Origin: Macrostomum lignano
Taxonomy: Eukaryota
Reading direction: 5' to 3'
DNA length: 64,000 nt
Assembly: GCA_002269645.1 (NCBI GenBank)
Contig: NIVC01000010.1
Coordinates: 310,001 to 374,000, forward strand
A program made the position numbers and the translations under genes. A model generated the notes under the pieces. The model saw only the letters and a list, made by a program, of their open reading frames with translations, did not search any database and had not been told where the DNA came from. This document shows, piece after piece, positions 48,812-59,085 of this stretch. Numbering within the stretch: position 1 is the first letter of the stretch; every line of letters begins with the position of its first letter.

Positions 48812-49636
48812 GCCCTATTTCACCTTGAATAGAACGGCGATCAAATTGTGGCGGTCAAATGTACTCGTAGATGTAGTAGACCCGGCGGCCGCCCCCTTTG
48901 CCATGGCTGGACTTGCATATAAGGGGGGTAAATTTTGAGCTTACTTTGGCTTTTTAGACCAAAACAAAAATTTGGGCAAATCTGCCCCCACTACTTTAAA
49001 AATCCTGAATTGACCACCAAATCGGACTCATCTAAATGAAAACTTAAGAATACAAGCAACATTGTACATGCGCTAGTGCTTAAGTAGTGGAGTATTAAAA
49101 AATATATTTTTTGTTGCGTTGATTTCGAAGATCAAAAGGTATTACTTATAAGTAGGTAGGCTAAAACGCACACTTTTGCGTTCACATCCAATTTCTGAAG
49201 TGTATGAAACTCAGAAAAATTTGCACGAGTCGCCTATACCCCACTTTGGAGCTTGCAGCAATTTTTCAAAGAGATGGCTGCTCAAAGGGTTAAAAGTTCA
49301 AGTTAGCTGTAGTATGAGGATTGGTCAATGCAAATAAATAATGAGCTCATTATACAAGAAAATAATTAATAAGGATATCAATAGTTCGCCCCACTGTCCA
49401 CTGCACGTACTGAAAGGCGTACTGTCAGGTTCGAGCACAAAAACACCCGAAACTAAAAAAATCAACTTTAAAAATTCTGCTCTTTACATAATTTCCTCAC
49501 AAAAATATTTCATACGTACAAAGAAGAAAACCTACAAACTTTTATCTTGCGGGATGGGGCGTACCCTTGAGGGCCGCCGGGGCGCCGGCCTAGAGGGTAC
49601 GCCCCAATTTTTCTAACCACTGGGATACTCGCCTAA

Positions 49637-50003
49637 GGGGGCCGTAACCCAGCGGTAGCGCAGCTGCTCTGGTGTGCCAGCGACCCAGGCTCGATTCCAA
49701 GTGCAGTTACATTAATTTGGGGCTGAATTGGAATCTCGGCTTGGCTCTGCTCGTGCAATTAACGGCCTTGAGGGCCAACCCCCCAAGGCTCAGTAAAGTG
49801 TACATGCCTAACGATAAAATAAAGTTAGGGCCGCTGTACACTCCTGTGTGAGTGTGTGCCTGCGTACGTATCCGCGCGCTTGTATGCCTGCTCAGGGGAG
49901 TCGGCGGAATGGGCAGTAATGCCTCTCGCCGGTTGTGTGACAATGTCGCTTAAAGTGCGCCAGGGTGCGCACAACCCCCCTGCCTCTAATAAAAAAAATA
50001 TAT
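49637..50003 (+). mobile_element. Probable tRNA-derived SINE
   Basis: Head with A-box-like TAACCCAGCGG and B-box-like GGCTCGATTCC, A-rich tail at about 49988-50000, and a flanking direct repeat GCCTAA (49631-49636, 50004-50009). Does not fold as an intact tRNA. Confidence 0.45.
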
Positions 50004-51050
50004 GCCTAAATTATCGCGAGTAACATCAATGTAACATCATACTCCCTGCCGCCCAAATGTAACCAATCAGTTCACCCACCTCATCTCTCGTCCAATCAAA
50101 TCAAATTTTTTAAAATTTTAAAATAATGGCCTCTCAAAAGTGTGTTAAATTGACCGGAGTGCTGCGTTAAATTTCTATACAATCTACCATCGTTGATAGT
50201 GACGTAATCCGTTATCCTCCTAACTGTACACACTCTGTAGAAGTTGATACATATATCCAACCCACACCCTGAGGCTCTCGCACGACATGCATTGCAACTT
50301 TTCTGTATACGCTAACACGTATCTTTAGTCATGGACAACTAAAAGTTACAAGGAATGTACGTCCTTCATGCTACAGTTGTGCACGACTTTGACTTTAATT
50401 GCGTCGTCATAACGACACATTAACGGTAGAAAATATCGATTTGTTTGCCATATAGTTGAATATTGATATTGTTTATATATAAATGCGTGACGAGCGTATA
50501 AATTGCAAAGCAAAATGAACAAAATTACATCTCATTCATTCCATTTTCTTTGAAATAAACAGTTTATTTTAGCAAATTTTGATTCCGTTATTGTTAATAG
50601 TTGCTGAAAAGTTTTTTTCCGTTCTAAAAGGACCGAATGATTTTAGAACGGATTCGACAAATGTTTTTGATTTATAGTTAGTTTTTTGTCTATGATATTA
50701 AAACGCGTTAATTTACATGTAGTTTATTGAAGAGAGGATGCTTAACTTATAACGATGCCGCCCTTTGATTTTTCATAACGCGCACGCAATGGTATATTCT
50801 TCTGCCGTCGGGATGAATGATCGATTTTGACAACTAGCTACGAGTACAGTAAGTATTCTTGCAGCTTAGCTACTCTTGAGATTGAGAACCAGCTAATGGA
50901 GGGCACTGGTTATTGTGGCACCCACTTACTACCATAAACTTTTTTTGCTTTCTATATATAAGCTTAAGAAGTTCCGGTCACTTAGTAGTCATAGCTAGAG
51001 TTTTGGCCATAGACAGCTCGTAGTACCGTATCAACCATATTATTGTAATA

Positions 51051-52227
51051 GCTTTTTGCGATTGAATTCAGCCAAACTGCAAAACCTTTCAGCCAATGGA
51101 GATTTTGCCTTCACTTCAGCTGTTTCTACCATAGACTATTTAGGACACACCGGCCAGCTGTCCCGCTCCTGTAAATGAATTCAGCCAAAGTGAAAAACCT
51201 TTCAGCCAAGACTTTCAGTCAGTGATTTTCTCTGTTGTGATTTAGTGATTCAATGTACTTGTCCATACTGTAGCTCTCTCTCTCTCTCCCTCTAACAACC
51301 CTCCCCACCCCTTCCATGCTCGCAACTTATTGTTGACTATGTTTAATATACTTTACTGTTTTGTGGTGCCATTGCAGTAGACCTATCGTATCGATTAATG
51401 TATTATTGAAGTTATTTATTTACTTAATCATTGTTTGTGATTTCAGATCCCTGATTATGGTTTGCCCTCTCTTCCCGTGCCCTCTCATTGGCTGTCTCTG
51501 TTATATGTAATTCTTGTTTCCTAACCCCCAGTTGCGTTCTGCGTGGCTGCAGCCAATCCCCTCTCGCTCTCTCTGCCCCACCCCGCCATTTCTCTTACCC
51601 TGCAGCTTTTGCCCCACTCCATTTTGCACTGACTGATATTTATTGGCGTGCGCTCCTGTCCCCTCCCGCTGACCCTTCGAGCGCTTCTCGCCGCTCCGGC
51701 CACAACAAATATACAATCGTAGTTTAACAGAGACGCCTAGAGCGCCAAGTTGAGCAACCTGTGCCACCGTAAGTATCGTCCTGCTTCTGTTATTTGGGGG
51801 GCTAGGCCATTAGGACATCGTCACCAGGGCCTGTGCGTTCGCTGCGACCCTGGTTGCCGGCCTACTGCCTGCGCGTTTGTGCGACAGCGGGTTGGCAAGC
51901 AGCAGGACTGGGGCCGAGTCTCCCTGCTCGTACGGAGCGCGAGACGAAGCCGGCTGCATGGTCCGTCTCGGGACACAACATCTCACATAGAGTGAAAGAA
52001 TATCGCCATGATTCTTAGCTGATCATTAAATGATCAGAAATTGTCAACCCATACGCGCACATGTAGGACTGGCTGAAAGGTTTTTCTGTTTGGCTAAATT
52101 CATTTACAGGAGCGGGACAGCTAGCCGGTGTGTCCTAAATAGTCTATGGTAGAAACAGCTGAAGTGAAGGCAAAATCTCCATTGGCTGAAAGGTTTTGCA
52201 GTTTGGCTGTATTCAATAGCAAAAAGC
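51051..52227. mobile_element. Non-autonomous DNA transposon/MITE with ~155-bp TIRs and TA flanks
   Basis: 51051-~51207 is the reverse complement, with few mismatches, of ~52070-52227; TA on both sides; no transposase ORF inside. Confidence 0.75.
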
Positions 52228-52811
52228 TATATATCATTAAATATGTATGTCACCATGAGAATGGTCAAAGGACATATAGCACCAATATCGTGCCCTATGC
52301 TACATACTTAGCGGGCGTTAACGCGTCTGTACGTGGCTGTTAACAGGCAGATATTGGCCCGACAGTCAATAAATGCCATATTATATTTTATATTACAATG
52401 CAGTATGTAACTATAAATTAAGAGGGGTGTCCCAAAAGTCGGTGCACTTTATTCGCTACAGCCTTTTCTGACCGATCAGAAATATTCATTTTGTAGCAGT
52501 TAACAAGAGAATTATCTGCCTGTTAAAATGACTTTCTGTTTATTTCTGTACCTGCTGGCATTCTTGAGATATGAGCACTTTTCTGCCCCAACCCCTGTGC
52601 TACTTCTACAAATTTCCATAGACCAAAGCTTTGTACGAAACAACGAAACATTCAACGAATCAATAAAACATCCGCAACATGAAAGCTGAGGAAAGAACAG
52701 TCAAACGTTAATCATCAACATTGTCCGGAGGCTTCTCCACATAGTGACCACTGCGCTGCACACTTCTGCCATCGGCAATGGCATCAGCAATGGCATCGAC
52801 AAATTCAGGAA

Positions 52812-53288
52812 TTGCTTGACACCGATGCTAGACTGACAGTTCGTGAGATTGCGGACATGCTCGGCAGTCCAAAGTTCACTGTTCCACACCGCACGATGAC
52901 TGCGGAGTTGGAACTGTCAAAGATATCGGCCTGCTGGGTACCACGGCTCCGTACCTTCTGCACCATGACAATGCAAGTCCCCACACGGCCAAGAATACGG
53001 AGGAGACGATCGAGCAGGCAAATTTTGAGCTGCTCTTACACCCACGCCTTCTCTCTGGATTTGTCACCAGCTGACTTTTCCATCTTTCCAAAGATGAAGA
53101 AACTGCTGCATGGACGAATCTTTGCTTGCTGTGCGAGCCTGGAAGCATTGACTCGCCAAGTTCTCCTTTATGATATGCCGCGCTCAGATTTTGCTGATGC
53201 CCTTGACGACATGCACAGCGGATGGCAGAAGTGTGTGCAGCGCAGTGGTGACTATGTGGAGAAGCCTCAGGACAATGTTGATGATTAA
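52812..53288 (+). pseudogene. Deleted, frameshifted mariner transposase fragment
   Basis: HTH-like DARLTVREIADMLG and the WVPRL motif are fused directly to LHHDNASPH, then FSLDLSPADF...FPKMK and WQKCVQRSGDYVEK; the first catalytic Asp region is missing. Confidence 0.88.
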
Positions 53289-53573
53289 CGTTTGACTGTT
53301 CTTTCCTCAGCTTTCATGTTGCGGATGTTTTATTGATTCGTTGAATGTTTCGTTGTTTCGTGCATCAGGTACAAAGCTTTGGTCTATGGCAATTTGTAGA
53401 AGTAGCACAGGGGTTGGGGCAGAAAAGTGCTCATATCTCAAGAATGCCAGCAGGTACAGAAATAAACAGAAAGTCATTTTAACAGGCAGATAATTCTCTT
53501 GTTAACTGCTACAAAATGAATGATTCCTGCACGGTCACGAGTGCGGGAATGACATCTGCACGAGTGCGCGCTA

Positions 53574-53968
53574 GCGCACGAGTTCACGATGTCCTTCACG
53601 CACGAGTTCACGATGTCCTTCACGCACGAGTTCACGATGTCCTTCACGCACGAGTTCACGATGTCCTTCACGCACGAGTTCACGATGTCCTTCACGCACG
53701 AGTTCACGATGTCCTTCACGCACGAGTTCACGATGTCCTTCACGCACGAGTTCACGATGTCCTTCACGCACGAGTTCACGATGTCCTTCACGCACGAGTT
53801 CACGATGTCCTTCACGCACGAGTTCACGATGTCCTTCACGCACGAGTTCACGATGTCCTTCACGCACGAGTTCACGATGTCCTTCACGCACGAGTTCACG
53901 ATGTCCTTCACGCACGAGTTCACGATGTCCTTCACGCACAAGTTCACGATGTCCTTCACGCACGAGTG
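53574..53968. repeat. 24-bp minisatellite (CACGAGTTCACGATGTCCTTCACG)n, about 16 copies, within a ~620-bp insertion in the mariner right arm
   Basis: Identical units; the insertion spans about 53522-54143 and is bracketed by AAT. Confidence 0.93.
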
Positions 53969-55955
53969 AACGTGAAGGAATCCCATTGTCGGATTATTCG
54001 AATCGTGCAGGAATGCACAAAACCGTGCAGGAATTCATTTCTGCGCCTAATGCTTTTTCAATGAGATTTTACCATAGACATCCATTCCTGCACGCAAAAG
54101 AGTGCAATAATGTCATTCCTGCATGGAAAATCAGCCGACAATAAATATTTCTGATTGGTCAGAAAAGGCTGTAGCGAAGAAAGTGCACCGACTTTTGGGA
54201 CACCCCTCGTATAATGGGAGTCTCAAAAAGTTAGTGTGGCCTTAATTAGTTTGCTAAATGCAGCATCAGATTTAATTTCAGCGACTAATTCCAGAGAAAT
54301 AGATAGATCGAGATGTTGCTTTTAAAACTTCCCTTAAGTTAAGATTTGATCCAATGCGACAATGTAAGCCTGGTCATTATTTAGGAAAGTCTGAGAAAGT
54401 CTCAAAGAAGACCCTAAAAATTTTGTCTTCAATGACTATAGATGCATGTACAAGGAGATTGTCTACTTCCATTTGTAGAGGGCCGGGGGGATTGTGTATG
54501 CATCTCCCATAGGGTTCTGATGGGAGAGTTAAAATCGCTTTGGTGTCCGTCCCCTTCGATCTTTCCAGGCCTCTGACAGGGAGAGGGGGACACCGCGCCC
54601 CGCGTTCATCTTGGCCATCCCTAGTTTACTAAAATTATCGGGATATAAAATTACGATCAACTGGGTTCAGGTCGATCAAGGCTTTTGAACTTAATTGATT
54701 TTCTAATTTTTTGGATACTATAGATGGAACAGAGCTTGAACAGATTGCAGGGGTCTTAATTATTTGATTTTTTGGATCGATTTCTCGAATTAAGAGTACA
54801 GTATAACAACTGGGAAACAGGAAACTGCATGCGTGCATGATTAAAATGTCAGTGCACATGTATGTAGTTCTAAATGATACTCTACAACTATACCGAGCAT
54901 AAGATAGAATGCCAACATCGCAGCTCAGATGTCAAAAAATGCTGCTTCTTTGACCCTACTTTCTGAACATAAGCATGCCAGTCTGCTCTTGCAGACCGCC
55001 TGCACAATCTCAATGCAAGAAGCAAATTATAAACTCATAGACAGCTGTACGTCTCCGGTAATGTTTTCATCCAGTTTCAAACGATGAAATACATAAGCAT
55101 CAATACAAAACTGATTACTCGTGTAACTAAAGAAAATCTGAAACTGTCGAATAGACAATTAACTAATAAATGATTAGCGGGTTAGAAAAGCAGGAGGATG
55201 AAGGGCCTAAGCCGCCAGTTTAACTTGTATTTATACTAACAGAATGAACAGGTTAGTTGTATATCTATGGTGAATTAACGATTGAGATTGTCTGTGGGGA
55301 AGAGCATGGCAGACGAAGGCAGCCGGCTAACTGAAAAGTACAAGGCTGAATTGTAAAACAGAAAGTACAAATAATTAGAGGATGGAAATCCGACAGAAAC
55401 TTTACGTAGAAAACATCGAATTTAAGCCTTTAGTTAGGGCGCTGGCCGTAAGGCAAATTTATTGCCATGCAACAGAAATAGGCTGCCGGTTTGCACGAAA
55501 TTGGAACCCTAACGGCTTGATTTCTCTTAAATAAAAACTAGTTTACTTGAATTGTTTTCTGAAAGCTAGGAAACAAAAAAATATTTTCATTCCATCTTAG
55601 TTTAACTTAACTTCGATTAGTTTAATCTAATTGTACCGTTTAAAATAGAGATTTAAAACGCAGGCCGGAGCGTTGCGCCAGCCCATTTAAACAAAGGTTT
55701 AAATTATTTAGAAAATTTTATTCCAATGAGCAAAAAATTCAGGAAATTAGTTTTTCATAAAACTCCATCAAATTTTATGCAACCCTCTGTAGGGGTGTGG
55801 ATTTACCAATTTGACGCGGCTTAGGAGCCTGGGACGCGACTAGCGACATGGAATTTTTTTAGCGACTATTTTTTAATCAGCTTCTGAATTTTCCTTAACA
55901 ACAAACCACTCATAATTTGATATCTCAAAAGGCTAAAATAATTTCCCCAAGCAAC

Positions 55956-56033
55956 ATGGTAGAAGACGAAACTGAATTCAGAGATTTGATTTCCCAGACT
56001 CTTGAAAACAATGGTGTACTAGGAAAAATAAAG
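55956..56033 (+). CDS. CEP43: First coding exon of a CEP43/FGFR1OP (FOP)-like centrosomal protein (N-terminal LisH-type region)
   Basis: MVEDETEFRDLISQTLENNGVLGKIK followed by donor AAG|GTATCT closely resembles the FOP N-terminus (EDTELRDLLVQTLENSGVL..IK). I found no exon 2 (expected AELRA...) in the rest of the window. Confidence 0.72.
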
Positions 56034-58890
56034 GTATCTTCTTTTTTCTTGTTTTTGACTTTCTTTAATTCCTATATCCTGGCCAGTGTCCTAAAACTTT
56101 GAGTAGTACTCCTAATGTTTTATACTTGAGTTTAGTTTAATCAATTCTATTAGTTTTATTACTATATTATGTAACAGATGCTTACATTATTGTACAGGTG
56201 TACAAAATATTATTTTTCAAAATTAACAAGAATTGCAAACTGTGCATATTTTGTGTAATACACTACTAATACTTATGATAGTAACACTAAAGCATAGCTA
56301 AGCTTTTCTACTAGTAGTAATAATGCTGGTCTTTAAATTATGTAGGGATGTTTTGTGGTAATAATGAGGGATGTCCCATTCCTAATATGGCTAATAGTTC
56401 CTATAGTGTTTGCTCTAGCTCCTTATCTCAATACTTTGACTAGGCCTAATTTTTATTTTTTGTGTTTTTACCTTAAGATAATTTGCACAAAGATATTTTT
56501 CTTCTAATTTCCTTTTTATATCTTTCTGTTTAAGAGTTACATTAGGAAATATGAAAGGTTAGTATTTTAGGGCCTAGGCCTAGCTAGTGTTATAGGCAAT
56601 GACTAGAGTTCCCGCAGTGGTATGTACTTATATTCCGGTAGTGCAATTTATAGGTATAATATAGCAGAAACACTTTACTTTTTAAAGGGTGGTTGATATT
56701 AAGATTTTATTCAAGGTAAGATCAAAATGAAACGATGAGATTCAAATCAAGATACTTCTAATGTTCAAGACTTCATTAGATAACTGCCTGCAAAAGACTG
56801 CCAGATCCATTAGTAAATGGGTTCTAGTGCCGGAACCCTAGCCATTACCAGTGTTATATAACTTTACAAGATTGTATTTTTTCTATCAATTTTTACAAAA
56901 ATAATTTTTAATTTGTTAGAAACTATTTATCTTTTTTCAACTCCTGGTAAAATTAGGCCCTAGCATTAAGAAGATGGCTAGTCATAGATTGATCTAATTG
57001 AATCTACTTTGAATGACTAGGCCTAGCCACACTGGCCAAACCCTATCATAGCCAACATGTGAACCATGCTAGACACCCCCTTACTTATATATATATACTA
57101 GTGTATTTGACTGTGCCTATATTGCTAGGGGTCAATCTATGCTAGACACTATCTATAATAATGGCCGTTGGCTACAATAGGGTAGCCAACTTTTCATGCT
57201 AAATGATAAGATATTCTATCAATTGGTCATGGCCTTGCTGGACTTGGATCTCTCAAAGATTTTAGCCCATTGATTGAATGCCTTGCCTTTAAGCTCTGAG
57301 TGTAGCACAAGATGCACTCTTGTCTTTCCTTAGGATATTCCATATTTTATCCTATCTAAATGACTTAAATGCCCTTTGTTATTTATTAGCTATAAGCCCA
57401 CAACCCCTAACATTTAATTCTTAAAATATAAACCTCTAAGTCTTTATTGAGGCTAGACAAGATCTCAATCCTAATCATCAAGATCTTGGCACTTTTTGCT
57501 ATCTCAATCTCAGTTTCAAGATCTCAAAAAGTCAAGATTTGTGACTATGTGACTATTTAGAGGTGTCAGAACCAAGGGGGGCATAGGGGGCTGGAGCCCC
57601 CTACCTTTTAGCATGTTCTGCATGTGTCCTTTTTGAATTTTAAACAAGTGTTGGGGTTTTGGGCTTTGGGGTGATTCCATATAAGTGTGTTTATAACAAT
57701 TTTAGAAGAAATAAAGTAGAACTCAAAGTTATACCATTGTAGAAAGTCAAGTTTGACTTTAAAAGAATAGTCAATATATATATACTTATATTATTTTGCA
57801 AATTATAGGTACAAATACATTTTTAATGTATTCAACAACACAATAAAGAAGTGTTGTGGTCATAACAATCGAAAAATAGAGGAACAGGTTTTTAAAGTTT
57901 ACCTAAAAATTTCTGTGTACTTAGTATATGCCAAACAATGAAACTTCTACAAAAATATACTTGGCAACATTGAAAAGTCGCCACTCTATGCACCAGTGAG
58001 CAATTTCTCTTTGACTTTTCTGAACTAAAAGATACGAGAAAACTGATCGGGGTAGCTTTAATCAGTTCAACCCTGGCACACTGCACCCCGCCCAACTTCA
58101 TTCCTCAACCCAAGTAGCTAAGTTGTGTCACTTGCAAAGAGACTTTACCTGTACTCTCAATAGTGGCGACCACAAATGAAATCTTCTGTGATGGGGACTT
58201 TTCGATGTTGCTGAGTATATGTTAACATCTGTGGAAAATTTTGGAGTGCAATATTTTAATGATTGGAGAAATTGTAATTTTTTTATCTAACTTTGTGTGC
58301 TGGTTATAACTGTTGCAGTCATAACATTTTTTTCTGTCAATTGGCTTATTCCATATAAGATGGACATATTTGGAAAATAGAAAAAAGTCAATATTTTTGC
58401 TTGCCTTATTAGCCTATTTTTTTACCAAATGTTTTTATGTGCATTATATACAATCTAAGAATAAAAGAATGGTAAAATGTTAGATTAGTATGTTATCAAT
58501 TGGCAAAAAGTCATTTTTGTAAAAATTTGGACATTTTTCAAAGCAAAAGACATCATTAAGATTTTGTACCTTTTAAAAACAAATAGAAAGCTTTTGAAGG
58601 TTGAAACAAACTATAGATAAAAGTATAGTACTTGCATCATCAGATAAAAGCATTGGTGACCAAATAATCTTATATTTTTAATGTATTAGTACCTCAAAGT
58701 TACTGAATTGACAGAAAAAAAATGTTACGACCATAATGTTACGACCATAAGGCTGCCTTTTCTTTTGTATCTTTGTTGCCTCTTGAGTTTATATATTCTA
58801 ATAAAAGAGCATGATTTCTAAAGATGTTCTTAGTCAAATTTAAAAAATGTATTGCAGAATATCAAAAATGGAAAATGTTATAAGACTTTT

Positions 58891-59049
58891 TGTTGTGCTT
58901 TTGGCTTTTAGCCTTTAGCAATTGTCAGTCTAGCGGTCTGCTGACCTCTGACGCATCTATTATTTATTTCATAACTCAATAGCATGGTTCAATTCATCAA
59001 CGCAGTCGCGTAACAAAAATGTCTATGGCAAAGCCATCAACCCACAACA
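58891..59049 (-). repeat. 3' LTR
   Basis: Direct repeat of 63074-63232, preceded on the minus strand by the PPT. Confidence 0.97.
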
Positions 59050-59085
59050 CCCTCCCTCTTCTATAGGTAGGTGTACAATTATCAC

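Larger units (their letters stand above)
38988..49624. mobile_element. Probable CMC/EnSpm (CACTA-like) DNA transposon, about 10.6 kb, with two divergent genes
   Basis: Ends CCCAGTGG (38988) and CCACTGGG (49624) form an 8-bp inverted repeat matching the CMCWR terminal consensus, each flanked by AT (2-bp TSD). GC-rich subterminal motifs GGTACGCCC and GGCGCC occur at both ends. Encloses an EnSpm-type transposase. Assignment of the right end to this copy is inferred. Confidence 0.68.
52421..54209 (+). mobile_element. Mariner (Tc1/mariner) derivative with ~350-bp inverted arms, internal deletion and a nested insertion
   Basis: Terminal GAGGGGTGTCCCAAAAGTCGGTGCACTTT and its inverse, with a TA TSD (52419-20, 54210-11). 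Left arm 52421-52773 is the inverse of 53221-53521 plus 54147-54209. Confidence 0.9.

Noticed and set aside
48064-48938. Six overlapping 220-280-aa repetitive ORFs
   Set aside because: They derive from a perfect 16-bp stop-free repeat; the period is not a multiple of 3.
49638-49705. tRNA gene
   Set aside because: Acceptor and T stems do not pair and the B-box has a mismatch; treated as a SINE head instead.
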